64,000 nt of DNA from Squalus acanthias (GCA_030390025.1 CM059431.1:94800001-94864000); one strand, 5' to 3'; positions 24,405 through 39,563 are shown, counted from the stretch's first letter. Numbers and translations: made by a program. Notes: generated by a model from the sequence alone, not told the origin.

Positions 24405-24760
24405 AACTTACTAAGGAACATAGGACCAGGAATAGGCGATTCAGCCCCTCGAGCCTGTTGCACCATTCAATTAAATCTTGACTGATTTTCATCTTAACTC
24501 CTTTTACCCGCAGGTGGAAGAAGGACAAGTGGAGGAAGATGAAACTAATCTTCAAACAAGTCGACTGCAAAGCAGACAAGAGCAGGTGCCTGACTGAAAA
24601 AAAAGCCCAGTAATTCTCCTCCAGATCCGTCCAAACATCTTTAACGGGGCGTCAAACACCAGCCCTCTGTGTGAAGTCTCATGAACTCTGCTTCTAGCAG
24701 CCCACGAGAACTGCAGCCTTTAAATTTCACTCCACAGCAGCAACCCTCCCCCGGGGGGGG

Positions 24761-25260
24761 NNNNNNNNNNNNNNNNNNNNNNNNNNNNNNNNNNNNNNNN
24801 NNNNNNNNNNNNNNNNNNNNNNNNNNNNNNNNNNNNNNNNNNNNNNNNNNNNNNNNNNNNNNNNNNNNNNNNNNNNNNNNNNNNNNNNNNNNNNNNNNNN
24901 NNNNNNNNNNNNNNNNNNNNNNNNNNNNNNNNNNNNNNNNNNNNNNNNNNNNNNNNNNNNNNNNNNNNNNNNNNNNNNNNNNNNNNNNNNNNNNNNNNNN
25001 NNNNNNNNNNNNNNNNNNNNNNNNNNNNNNNNNNNNNNNNNNNNNNNNNNNNNNNNNNNNNNNNNNNNNNNNNNNNNNNNNNNNNNNNNNNNNNNNNNNN
25101 NNNNNNNNNNNNNNNNNNNNNNNNNNNNNNNNNNNNNNNNNNNNNNNNNNNNNNNNNNNNNNNNNNNNNNNNNNNNNNNNNNNNNNNNNNNNNNNNNNNN
25201 NNNNNNNNNNNNNNNNNNNNNNNNNNNNNNNNNNNNNNNNNNNNNNNNNNNNNNNNNNNN
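24761..25260. other. Assembly gap (500 N)
   Basis: Run of N flanked by G-rich sequence. Confidence 1.
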
Positions 25261-25422
25261 GGGGGGAGGAGGAAGGGGAGGGGGTGTAAAGGGGAGGGGG
25301 GTGACGGGGAGGGGAGGGGGGCGGGGGGGGAGGGAATTGGTGGGGGGTGTGGGTGGGGGGAGGGAGGACAGGGGACGGGGGCGGATCAGGTTTGTTTACC
25401 TGGGAATAGGGCGTTATTGCAT

Positions 25423-25551
25423 CCTGACTGTGCTCTGGGCCCTCCATACTAGCTCCTGACTGTGCTCTGGGCCCTCCATACTAGCTCCTGACTGTGCTCT
25501 GGGCCCTCCATACTCGCTCCTGACTGTGCTCAAGTACAAGCTCCTGACTGT
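25423..25551 (+). repeat. Short copy of the 32-bp satellite
   Basis: ~4 units followed by the same unique flank as 24404-24650. Confidence 0.85.
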
Positions 25552-27817
25552 AACTTACTAAGGAACATAGGACCAGGAATAGGCGATTCAGCCCCTCGAG
25601 CCTGTTGCACCATTCAAATAAATCTGGACTGATTTGCATCTTAACTCCTTTTACCCGCAGGTGGAAGAAGGACAAGTGGAGGAAGATGAAACTAATCTTC
25701 AAACAAGTCGACTGCAAAGCAGACAAGAGCAGGTGCCTGACTGAAAACAAATCCCAGTAATTCTCCTCCAGATCCGTCCAAACATCTTTAACGGGGCGCC
25801 CGATCAGTAGCAGCCCATAGTAGTGCTGTGGAGTTGGGAGAAGCACTCCTGCTCCTCCACGCTTCACAGAAGGAGGAGTAAAAAAGTTTCAATTGCATCA
25901 GCACTTGGGACCGCTGTTTAAGCCAGTGTAGAACTGGAAAATCTAGTCGGAGCTTGCACAGTGAATGATCCACCTAGTTTTTTGCACATTTTACTGAAGG
26001 GTCCTAAAACAGGCGCAGGACCATTTTTGCATATTTTAATTGATCCAACGCTGACTTCAGGCAACTGGCAGATATGCCTAATAGCAGTGAGGATTAAAAT
26101 GTTTTTGTCTCTGTTCCTGCCCCCCTTTAAAATTGTACCATTTGGTTTATATTGCCTCTCCTCATTCTTCCTTGCAAAGTGTATCACTTAGTGCTAGGGT
26201 TCACAACCCTCCTGCTTTGGGCGGGAGTCTATAGGAGTGGACGATTGGTGCTGCAGCTGGCGACTCAGTCCTTGTATGCACTGTTAGCACATGTGCAGTA
26301 CCCTGGCTGTCGTGGCTTGCAGCCAATTCGCATTGTCTGGGCCCTGCTGGTCCTCCTGCTATTCGGAACATACCGCTTCCTTACCAGTTGTGAGGATGGC
26401 GGCACCGGGGACCTTAGTTGAGTGTCTTCGTATCACCAAGCCCCGAATAAAATATTTGACACTTTGTTTTGTAGTGAGATGAATAGCATAATTTATAAAT
26501 CAAAGAACAAACACTAAAGAATAGAAAGATTTAAGGATTTCTATAGTATTTACTGCAGTGAGAAACACTAAGTCAATTCCATTGATTCAACAAAAACATG
26601 ATCAATATAAGTAACTTCTAACTAAAGTTTTTGTACAATTTTATGACTTTTACAATACATGGCGAGTATAAAACAGTAAATAAAACCAAAACCAAACCTA
26701 ATTCAATTCACTGACCCTCCACTGGAGTTTGTTTCTCTCTCTCCCTCCTCACAATTTATGTTTCTCTCTTCCTCCCTCCCCCAGTTTGTGTTGCGCGCTC
26801 TCTCTCTCTCTCTCTCTCTCTCCCTCCCTCAGTTTGTGTTGCTCTCTCAGGACAGAGTGTCGAGGTGAGTTTCGTTGTCCCCGATGCCACCATCCTTACT
26901 CTCCCACCACCTTGGTGATACAAAGACACTCAACTAAGGTAAATGCAATAACAATTGCAAAAAGTGAGCAAATTTCACGTGATCAAACGTCATGTGATTG
27001 AGCATCACATGAGCAGTGTCACATGCTTGAATACCATGTGATCAAATATCACATGATCAAATCTCCAGGAATAAGTCAAACCAGAGTTGGCAACCATCTT
27101 GATGCCAATTTCACCAGTCTGTCTATTTATCTCCCGCAATCTGCTACTACCCTCTTCACTGTTAGCTACATTTCCAAGTTTTTGAAATTATTGCCTGTAC
27201 ATTTGGGTTTTGAATTTGACAGGCACAGTGTAGATTCTAGGGTTAAAATTACTTGATTAAAAAGTGACGTTTGGTCTGAAGTTGCCCTGTCTCCTTGCCA
27301 ATTATGAACGCGATCACTTCTAAACTAACATGTTGCAAGGCTAGAGCTTTCGTGATTTGTTACAGTTCAGCGCTGAGTCTGAAATCTGTAGCAGCTGATC
27401 GACATAAAAGTTCACTGAAAAGAAACACAAAAACTCCACTGTCTATTCAACCACATATAACTGAACTGTCAAATCCAAGCCTACTGTGAGCAGCATTACA
27501 ATCCATTTATAAAGCAGATCATGCAGGCTCCAATCTTCAATAAATACTGCTGTTCTCACTACTTAACTGGATCCAGCACACTACTTACTAGGACTTCAAA
27601 TAAAATCTCTCCTATGCTTCAAGCTAGGGAGATTTCTCCTAACTGCAACCTGAAGTTGGAGCACATGGATGCTCCCCACCCAACCAAATCACTTGACCGA
27701 AAATAATTCATTCTTGAAAAACTAACAATTCATTCTTGAAAAACTAACTATAGGATTGATTCAGGAAGAGCATTCACAATGAACCACAGGGAAAACCCAC
27801 CCCAAAACCACAGGGTG

Positions 27818-28999
27818 TGTAGGCGTCGCAAAATCCCCCAGAACCTCGAACAGAACCCTAAGTGAAGTGATTTGAGGTAAAACCCTCAGTTTTGGACATT
27901 TTTAAAGATCAGGGAAGAAAAACCCTGAGGAAAATGCGGAGGGGCGTGGCCATGCAGTGGACAGCTTTGGGTATTGGGGCCCAATTAAGCTGTCTGGGAA
28001 TGTGTTTACACTGCCTTCCTACCGAGGAGGAAGAGACAAACCCAAAAGCCTCACACACACATCGAAATATGAATAATCCAAGACCTCTTTTGAAATTCCC
28101 AGGCCCACACAGGATACCAGAAGCCTGAAATCAATAAAACATTTAGTAACCTGATTTACTTCATCAAAAACCAATCAACCAGGTATCCACAGGACAGATT
28201 TAAAGCCCGCCAAAAAACCTAGGACAATAGGGACAAGATTTGGCGCGTAGATAAAGGCCTTGCCTAAATCGGAAGCTATCAGGACATGTTTAACACCAAG
28301 TTAAAGCCATCAAAACTAACAAGCCCACCAAAACTAAGACAATGGAATAAACAGGGCTCATTTGAAATCTAAAGGAAACAGTTTTAGTAAGGAGTTTTGG
28401 GCGTGAAAAGGACAGTATAATTGGGGGCCTAATGTCCCAGGACTCTCTCTCTCTGGACTCGCTGACGACGCTCGCACAGCTCTCTCTCTCAGCTCTGCTC
28501 CAGCAAAGACGCCACGAGGAGGAGGAGGAAAGAAGGCCAACAACTTCACAAACAGACCAACACACAAGAAGAAACCAGAGCGACTGCCTCAGTGACCATC
28601 GGACACCTCGCGGCAACAATTGCCTTATGAAACCTTTTACTCAAAAGACTCTAAACCCTGTCAAGGATTCGTTTGGTGAGCATTATCCCGGATCTCCTGA
28701 AACCAAAACCTAGCTAGATAGTGGGATTTTTGGGAGGGATAAGGTTTTTTTTGTATATTGTCATTCTCCCTCGCCTGTACCGTGTGTTCCCCAACCTGTG
28801 TTCAAGTATTAAGTGTGTTTTAAGTTTGTTACCTTTTTCTTTTAATAAAGTCAGAATTCTTTCATCAGAACCTGTTGTCTACTGCATCTTTGTTCACAAC
28901 CCCTAAATAAGTCCAAAGTCTAGGAACCAGGGGCGTGGGAGCGATTCGAACCACTCACTGAGTCAGAGGTGAAGGCTGACCCCATTACCACCCCCTACA
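27818..28999 (+). mobile_element. Solo LTR (1182 bp)
   Basis: TGTAGG...CCTACA termini; perfect GGTG TSD; AATAAA near 28844; U5 homologous to the 38208-39463 LTR. Confidence 0.85.
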
Positions 29000-29618
29000 G
29001 GTGTATCAGGAAGGAGGCAGGAAAAAACAACCACGAGATTGGGCTGTAACTTTTCATCAAAACATCAATATTAAGAGGGGCCAATTCCACCAAATAAACA
29101 ACTCATGCATTCACATGTGCACCTGCACTAGCTGAATGAACTTTGTCACGTGTTTACAGCACACTTTACCCAGAAGTTAAGCAGTGCAGCACTATTAAAC
29201 AGGTCAAGGATGCCCTGTTGAGATAGGCCATAGATTTCATATCCTACCCCATGGACTACCAGAGCATTTTCAGTGAGCACTGGAATCTTATTGAGTGCCA
29301 GGTTTCCCCCATGTACAGGGCGTCATTGATGCATACCATGCTCATTTGGTTCATTTTGAATGCTTTTCAGATTTCACGAGAAGCAGCAAACAAAATCTTC
29401 GCACCGTACGTCCAGTGTAACTATAGTAATGTCAACCCCACTGTCTCATCAATCAAGAGACAAACTTTTAAAAATCAAAAGATTTGGTATAAAAATCATG
29501 TTGCTATTTTTTTTCCCAACCCGACCCCTCGCCGACCTTTGCTCCCGGACAGGAAGCGCATTCCATGACCTTTGCTCCTGGACAGGAAGCGCAGTCAGCC
29601 GTCGCTAACCGATTACTG

Positions 29619-30093
<475 letters not shown>

Positions 30094-30245
30094 CTATTAA
30101 ATATATATCTGTACATCAAATAACCACTGCACCATTTTTGTAGAACGCTAACAATTTTTTAAATACAGAATACCTCTGAATTTTTTGTTGCATTTCCTGC
30201 TTCTATTTCCAACTATTGATAATGTAAAAGCAACCGAACACTTTG

Positions 30246-30836
30246 GGGGTAAAGCGAAAAAGTTAGCACCCCCGCGCCCGAAATTCACTGGTAGAGCCCC
30301 AAGAGGGAGGCAGGGCGCTGGCGCTGCGGCACGTCACGCCGCGGTACTGCAGGCCTTCCTCCCCTTATGAAAGGGGAGGGGCCTTGCGCAGCGCAACCTG
30401 GGGCCGAGCTGGGACACCAGGGATCGGAGTGCCGGGCTCACGGAGCGCAGCCGGCACCGGGGGGGTCTTCACAGGAGGCCGGGGACAGCAACGGGGGCAG
30501 GTGCTGGCAGGCGGCCAGCAACAAAATGATCGAATGGCACCTCCCCTTTAATTTGCGCCACCCCGGCCGCACGTATGCCCCACCCTGGCGGACATAGCGT
30601 CCAGCGGTAAGTCAGGGCGGTACTGTAGATCGCGGCCGGGGCACTGCGCACGGCGATGACGTCATCGCCAGAAGCGCAGTGCTGCGGGGCGCTAACGGTT
30701 ACCGCCACCGCTAACCTCCCGCTGAATTTCAAGGGAGGCGTTAGCACCGCCTTGCCCAGGCGCTAGTTGCTTTGCGCCCCGTTATCGCCCTCTTAGGGCA
30801 CTAACGGGAGGCACAAATCAACCAAATTTTTCTCCC
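30246..30836 (+). mobile_element. GC-rich MITE-like repeat, copy 2
   Basis: Homologous to 8076-8710 (AARHAAVLQAFLP-encoding core, accaaattttt end). Confidence 0.65.
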
Positions 30837-30871
30837 TTTGTTTTGTACTTGCCAAATACTGCATTCATTTA

Positions 30872-31852
<981 letters not shown>

Positions 31853-32964
31853 CTTGGCCTTCCAAAAGACGTTTGATAAAGTGCCACATAATAGGCTTGC
31901 CAGCAAAGTTGAAACCCATGGAATAAAAGGGACAGTGGCAGCATGGATACAAAATTGGCTTAGTGACAGGAAACAGAGTAGTGGTGAACGGTTGTTTATT
32001 GGACTGGAGGAAGGTACACAGTGGTGTTGGTACTAGGACCACTGCTTTTCTTGATATATATTAATGACTTAGACTTGGGTGTACAGGGCACAATTTCAAA
32101 ATTGCTGATGGCACAAAACTTGGAAGTATAGTAATAGACTTCAAGAGGACATAGACAGGCTGGTGGAATGGGCGGACACCTGGCAGATTTAATTTAACGC
32201 AGAAAAGTGCGAAGTGATACATTTTGGTAGGAAGAACAAGGGGAGTCAATATAAACTAAAGGCTACAATTCTAAAGGGGGTGCATGAACAGAGAGACCTG
32301 GGGGGTATATGTGCACAAATCATTGAAGGTGGCAGGGCAGGTTGAGAAAGTGGTTAAAAAAGCATATGGGATCCTGGGCTTCATAAATAGAGCCATAGAA
32401 TACAAAAGCAAAAATGTTATGATAAAACACTGGTTCGGCCTCAACTGGAGTATTGTGTCCAATTCTGGGCACCACACTTTAGGAAGGAGGTGAAGGCCTT
32501 AGAGATGGTGCAGAAAAGATTTACGAGAATGGTTCCAGGGATGACGGATTTCATTTACATGGATAGACTGGAGAAGCTGGGGTTGTTCTCCTCAGAGCAG
32601 TAAAGGTTGAGAGGAGATTTGATAGAGGTGTTCAAAATCATGAGGGGTCTAGACAAAGTAGATAGAGAGAAACTGTTCCCATTGATGGAAGGGTGGAGAA
32701 CCAGAGGACACAGATTTTAGGTGATTGGCAGAAGAACCAAAGGCGACATGAGGAAAAACTTTTTTATGCAGCGAGTGGTTAGGATCTGGAATGCACTGCC
32801 TGAAAGGGTGGTGGAGGCAGATTCAATCATGGCTTTCAAAAGCGAATTGGATAAGTACCTGAAGGAAAAATTTTTGCAGGGCTACGGGGAAAGGGCGGGG
32901 GAGTGAAACCAGATGAAGTGCTCTTGCAGAGAGCCGGCACAAGCTCGACGGGCCGAATGGCCTC

Positions 32965-35900
32965 TGTCGTAAGAATGAGCCTTACGCGTGGTGAACTTAA
33001 AGTAAGCTTTAATCAACTAAAAAGGTGCTACATACAAAAGAGGTCTTACTCTATGCCTCTCCAGGATCCAACTGATCAGCCCAGTATTTATCCTGGACTA
33101 ATCACAGGAAGTGATGTAATAAAGTTCGAGTCACAGGAAGCTGTATTGTGTTACCACATTCTCCCCCCCCAAAAGATTAGGAGGCCGGGATGAAGTTCGA
33201 GTCACAGGAAGCTGTATTGTGTTACCACATTCTCCCTCCATTTCGTAGCCGCTGGACGAGGGAGAGCCGCACCCGTTTGGGTTCTCGTAGCGGTAGAGGG
33301 CCCCTAGCCCGTTTACCCGCCGCGGGCCGTGGACCAGAGTCCGAGTGATCCAGCCCGCTCTGTGAGGGGTCAGGACGATCCTGACTGTGTACTGGTGCCC
33401 GAACGGGTGTCGGGCAGGGCTGTGGCAGATCCGTTTCCGAGCGTATGGTACGGGGTGGATCATGGCTGCGCGTGCGAGCCCCGACGGGCTCGTAGTCAGT
33501 CTGCCCCAGGTCGGCACGCTGGAGTGAGGTACCAGCCGGCGTCAGATCCAGATCGTGATGAGAGGCACCTGGCGAGCCCAGAGATGTGCCTGGTACAATA
33601 TCATCCCCTGGTGTCCCTCTATGTTTCGGCGGGCAGGGAGCCAGATCCCGCAATGACACGGTAGATTCCCGACCGTCAGGATACCGAATATAGGCGTAGG
33701 TAGGGTTGACGTCAGTGAGCTCAACCTCATCTACCAGGGGGTCATTCTTAGACGCCCGAACATATCTTCGGAGTAGCACTGGTCCCGGTGCAGTCAGCCA
33801 CGACGGGAGAGATATCCCATAGGATGAGCGACGCTGAAATCGGAAGAACCGTTCATGAGGCGTCGTATTTGTGGCGGTCGAAAGGAGGGACCGTGTGGAG
33901 TGTAATGCGTCTGGAAGTACTGCTTCCCATTGCTGGTTGGGTAGGCCCCGAGATCTCAAAGCCAGACGTACCGCATTCCAGATGATAGCGTTAAAACGCT
34001 CGACTTGCCCATTCCCGACCGGATGATAAGGCGTCGTTCTGCTGGCAGCAATACCCCGTTCCGAGAGATAGGCCTTGAGTTCTCCTGACATAAAAGAAGG
34101 GCCCCGATCCGAATGAACATAGGATGCCATGCCACAGAAAGCAAATACCTGCTCAAGGCAGCTGATAACCGTGGTCGTCAGCATATTGGGGCAGGGAAAG
34201 GCAAATGGAAAACGGGAATACTCATCGACCATGGTCAATAGATAAGTGTTGCGAGTTGAAGAGGGCAACGGCCCCTTAAAATCGATGCTAAGCCGTTGCA
34301 TTGGCTGGGTCGCATGTATGAGTATACCACCCGAGGGGCGGAAAAACTGAGGTTTCAATTCCGCACAGACTCTGCAGTCCGAGCACATCTTCTTTACATC
34401 CCCGGTAGAGAATGGGAGATTTCGGGACCGCACGAAGTGTAGCATGCGAGTAACGCCCGGATGACACAACCCATCATGGATGTCTACGAGCGTAGAGGGT
34501 GCCATGGCGGAGCAGAATGCTCGTGTGAGGGTATCCGGAGCCACATTCTCCTTGCCAGGTCGATAGTGGATGGTGTAACCAAAAGAGGCCAATTCCAGCC
34601 GCCAAAGCTGGATCTTATTATTTTTAATTTTGGTCCGTTTTCGATTATCGAGCATGAAGGCGACCGATCGCTGGTCCGTGATTAAGGTAAAGTGCTGGCG
34701 AGCTAGGAGATGAGTCCACTTCCGTACTGCCTCTATGATGGCTGTAGCTTCTTTCTCGACTGGAGGATAATGTAGCTCAGCCCCTTGAAAAGTCCTGGAC
34801 AAAAATGCCACCGGACGACCTTCCTGATTCAGAGTGGCCGAGATCGCCACCTCCGAGGCATCACACTCAACAACAAAAGGAAGACTCTCATCGATGGAGT
34901 GAAGAGCCGCTTTCTCCAACTGTTTTTTCAGGAGGTTAAAGGCTGCAACAGCCGCTGTGTCTAGTGGGAATGTGCTGGCCTTCAGTAGAGGTTGGATTCG
35001 GTCCGAGAAGTTAGTAATCCATTTAGCATAGTATGCAAACAGGCCGAGGGCCCGGCGCAAGGAGGCCGGATTCTTAGGTGGCGGGAGTTCTTGGAGTGGG
35101 CGAAGCCTTTCAGGGTCAGGTTTAATGATGCCATTGCCCACACAATAGCCAAGGATGTTGATGGTTGGTTGTGACTCAATGGATTTAGCCGCATTTAATG
35201 TCAAATTACGGTGCTGGAGTGCATCCCAAAATCGTTGGAGATTGGCGTCATGTTCCCGCTGATTGCGACCTGCGACAGTAATATTGTCCAGATAAGGAAA
35301 CGTATCCTTTAAGTCTTCCTGTTTGACCAGGTCATCCATTGCTCGCTGGAAGACAGCCACTCCATTAGTGACCCCAAAGGGGAGGCGACGAAATTGATAC
35401 AGCCGTCCATTGGCTTCAAAGGCCGTATACTGCTTGTCTGAGACGTTCAAGGGTACCTGATGATAGGCACTTTTCAGATCATATGTTGAGAACACCGTGT
35501 ACTCAGCCAGTTTATTAACCATATCATCGATGCGCGGCAATGGGTATGCGTCCAAGTCCGTATATTGATTGATGGTCTGTGAATAGTCAATGCACAGCCG
35601 TTTCTTGTGAGGTTGTAGAGGGTTCTTAACAATAACGACCTGGGCGCGCCATGGCGACGAACAAGGCTCGATGATATCCTCTGCTAAAAGCCGAGAAATC
35701 TCAGCCGCAATAAAAGACTGGTCTTCCTGACTGAAACGTCGTGACTTTGTTAAAATCGGTTTGCATCGAGGAGGGATACTGGTAAACAGTGAGGGTTCAT
35801 CCAGTGAAGCTGCTGACAATGCACAGAACAGTAATCGAGGTCGTATATTAGAAATAGTGAGTTCAGGTTTGGATCCGCCGAACTCAATGGTGAGCTTCTT

Positions 35901-37444
35901 ATGCTGCTTTTGAAAATCTAGCCCTAAGATAAGATCACTACATAAGTCCTTGAGCACCGAAAGCCGGGTGGAGGGATACCTGTGACCATTAAGTGTTATT
36001 TCAACCATACAAAAGCCAGAAATTCTGGTATTAAGTGATGACTGAGCCATCGCAATTGCCTGGTCCGATGGGAAAACATGTAGCTTTAACTCTGCAACAA
36101 TCTGTTCCCTAATGAAACTATCAGTGCTACCTGAGTCAATTAAGGCATCTAAAGTATGTCCATTCATTGATGCTTTTGTAGCTGCATGGAATAGGTTCTG
36201 AGGACAAGCAGCTGTAATTGGTGTCGTTGCACAAAGAGTGGCTGAAACTCTAGGTGTGTTTCTTCGAGAGAAAACCCGAGAGGAAGCACGATAGATTTTA
36301 GCCGGAACATCTTGATAGGCCCTTACCGGGGCAGTTCGGTAGGACTTAGCTTGATAAGCCCTCGTAGAGGCTCTTGATAGGCAAACCTTTGCAAAATGAC
36401 CCTTTTTGTTGCAATGACTGCAAAACGCATTGCGAGCAGGGCAGAATTTCCGAGGGTGAAACTCATCACCACAAAAGAAGCATTTCTTAGATTGCCAAGA
36501 GGCTGCCACAGTGGGGTCATCATCCTCTTCATCAGTGAAGTCATCAGATTGATCGTCAGGGATAAAGTCCTCCCTAATAGAGTTCACCTGTGGCCTCTTA
36601 AATTGCCTGACTGTAGTTAAGGCAGCAGACCGAGGTCTGGGCACTGTATAAAGGTCTGCATTTCTTTTTGCCAGATCTAGAGATCAAGCCATGTCATAAG
36701 CTCTCTGAAGCTCAAGTGTCTTACTTTCCAGTAGACGCTGGCGTATAAATGGGGAGGCAAGCCCGCAGATGAAAGCATCACGGATCATTTCTTCACGGTA
36801 CAGCTCAGCTGAGGCCGCCTGAAAGTTACAGTCCATACTAAGTCTGCGAAGCTCTTGGAGGAATTTATCAATGGATTCCTCCGGCCCTTGTTGGGCTGTA
36901 GCTAGTAGATGTCTGGCATAGACCTCATTCGGTGTCTTAGTATATAGTCTTTTAAGTGTCCGAATTGCCTCCTCGTAACTGCCCCATTCCTCGACATACT
37001 GAAATACATTCGGGGTGACACAGTTGATGAGTATCCGCAATTTTGAGTCATCATCAGCCTTGCAATATTCGAGAAAATTGTCAAACGTGCGATACCAGTG
37101 TTTCCACACCTTACCGGCTGCTGGGGTGTTTGGGTCCAAGTCAAGACGCGATGGTTTAAGGATGTTTTCCATGATGGGTGATTCCCTGGATCCTTAGTTC
37201 CGAGTTCGTCCAAAAAGTTTGAGTGCGAAGTTTTTCAAAGTTGATTAAATTGTCGTAAGAATGAGCCTTACGCGTGGTGAACTTAAAGTAAGCTTTAATC
37301 AACTAAAAAGGTGCTACATACAAAAGAGGTCTTACTCTATGCCTCTCCAGGATCCAACTGATCAGCCCAGTATTTATCCTGGACTAATCACAGGAAGTGA
37401 TGTAATAAAGTTCGAGTCACAGGAAGCTGTATTGTGTTACCACA
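32965..37444 (-). mobile_element. Very young Ty3/Gypsy LTR retrotransposon (4.48 kb)
   Basis: Identical-looking 194-bp LTRs (32965-33158 and 37251-37444), TG...CA termini, perfect 5-bp TSD GCCTC. Confidence 0.95.
33222..37172 (-). CDS. Gypsy gag-pol polyprotein (gag, CCHC x2, PR, RT, RNase H, IN); single in-frame TGA at 36684-36686
   Basis: ORFs 36684-37172 and 33222-36644 share a frame; LIDSGS, RLPFGV, YLDN, ECDAS, DFKGP, SDRG, GQVER. Confidence 0.9.
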
Positions 37445-38207
37445 GCCTCCTTCTGTGCTGTAACCATTCTATGATTCTAATGTCTTCATTAAAATAGCAG
37501 AGATGAACTTAGTACAAGCGTGTTAAATGCTTGAATAAGAACACCCCTCAAGGTCATACTTCATCTAGAGTCATCTTTTGTTTCTTAACTTGTCCCATTA
37601 CCATCTCCTTTTGCCTTGAACCATCATCCCTTTTGTCTCTTAATCTCTTCTGCCTTCCATCCTATCACAGACCTTCCCTTTTGTTCATTCCTCCCCTCCC
37701 CCCTCTCCCTGCCTCTACAAATGCTTAAAAACTGGTTACATCTCCAACTTTTTCCAATTCTGACTCTGTTTCTCTCTCTACAGATGCTGCCTGACCTGCT
37801 GAGAATTTCCAGCATTTTCTGTTTTTATTGCTCATACCTAATCTTTCTTTTACATCTCACTTCCCCCTCATCGCACAATCTCTACTCACTTACAAGCTAA
37901 GTGTATGCATGGAAATCTTGCATTCTGCACCCCCCCACAACCCGACCCTTGTGCCGTTCTCCTTTCAGATATCCAAGAACTGCCAGCAGCCCAAACTCTG
38001 CAGCAACAAGTAGAGGAGGAGAGTGATGGAGAAGAAGAGGCACCGTCACTCGATCTTACACTCCCAGGCATCAGCTCAGAAAATGGCACTGCGTGTAATT
38101 TAGAGGTTAGTATACGGGTGGGATCTGCACGTGGTGAGTCACCGGGCACAAATGGACTGCAGCCAGGCCAGGGGGAAAGGGTAGCGCAGGTGCCAGCTCC
38201 CCAGAGG

Positions 38208-39463
38208 TGTAGGGGATGGTGTTTTGTGTCAGCTTCACCTCTGACTTCTGAGCGGTTCGAATTGCTCCCACTCCCTTGGTTCTAGACCCTGGACTTATTT
38301 GGGGGTTGTGATAAAAGGTGCAGCAGACAACTGAGTTTGATGAAAGAACTTCGATCTTTATTCAAGAAAGTAAAACACAACACAAACACTCTTAACACTC
38401 TAAAAGTGGGGAACACTTCGGTACAAGCGAGGGAAATAACATTAGGAGAATACTTCACCCCTCCCCATCCCACTTCACTAGCTAGGTTGGACTCTGGAGA
38501 ACCAGGGATAATGCTCACCAAACGAATCCTTGACAGTTGAGAGTTAGGGTTTAGAGTCTTTTGAGTAAAAGGTTTCGTAAGGCCCTTGTTGCCGCGAGGT
38601 GTCTGATGGTCACTGGAACTGTTGCTCTGGTTTCTTCTTGCGTGTCGGCCTGCTTCTGGAGCTGTTGGCTGCCTTTGTTGAACTTCTTTCTGTTGAACTC
38701 TGCCTCTGTTTAAACTGTCTTCTTCCGAGCTGTGGAACTGCCTTCTTGCAGAACTGTAACTGTTGTGCTGGAGAACTCCCTTCTTACTGAACTGTCTTCT
38801 TTAACTGCCCAACTTGCTTCTCCTGAACTCTGTAACTCCAGCACTGACTTCTGCTGAAAACAGGCTTTCAATTGAACTCAAAACTGCAGAACTGCCTTCT
38901 GTTGAACTTGAACTGTTTTACTGGAGAACTCTTGATTTGAGGCCTCGTTAACAGTAACGACTTTACTAGCGTGTTAACTGGTTTTGTAAATGTGTGAAGT
39001 GGTTTCAGGATAGCTCCATCCTGTCGATCTGTTGTTTAATCGGAGTTTGAATTGTCCTCATGTTTTGGGTTTCTTGACTGGGCCTAGGACTTCTATAGAA
39101 TATTTGCTTTATGCATGTCTTTAATGGGTTCTGTAATCGGTTTGATGGGACCTGTTGTTTTGGGTGGGACTGTCTTCTCCCAGTGTCTATTGTCAAAATG
39201 TTAATGCTTGCTGGGGCTTTGAGTGAGGTCATCCCGGTTCCCCAGACATTGCAATTAACTGCAATACCCAAAACTGCTTTTACAAAGGTTGAGCCCACCT
39301 CTTGTTCCTTTACAGGCCCAGACATAGTTTTAAAATGCCAAAACTTGGTTTTTGGTCTTACAGTCTCTTGGGTTAGGCCCAAATACAATATTATCACTCT
39401 GAGGTAGTTCCAAAGTGCTTTTTCCTTAAGTTATGGGGATCTGCAAATTCTGGAAACCTTACA
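38208..39463 (-). mobile_element. Solo LTR (1256 bp)
   Basis: TGTAGG...CCTTACA termini; perfect GAGG TSD; U5 homologous to the 27818-28999 LTR. Confidence 0.85.
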
Positions 39464-39563
39464 GAGGGCAAGATTGCACATGAGTTCTGCTGCACAAGAC
39501 TCAGATGATGACTTTGATGGGGCAGTCTTCAGAAGAAGGATGATGGGCATGCACACAGAAATG

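Larger units (their letters stand above)
31853..37480 (+). mobile_element. CR1 LINE RT fragment and 3' UTR, interrupted in its tail by the Gypsy element
   Basis: FQKTFDKVPH, KKAYGILGFI, RVVRIWNALP; tail ggccgaatggcctc|cttctgtgctg split at the TSD. Confidence 0.85.

Noticed and set aside
24641..25447. ORFs spanning poly-X
   Set aside because: Artefacts of the N gap
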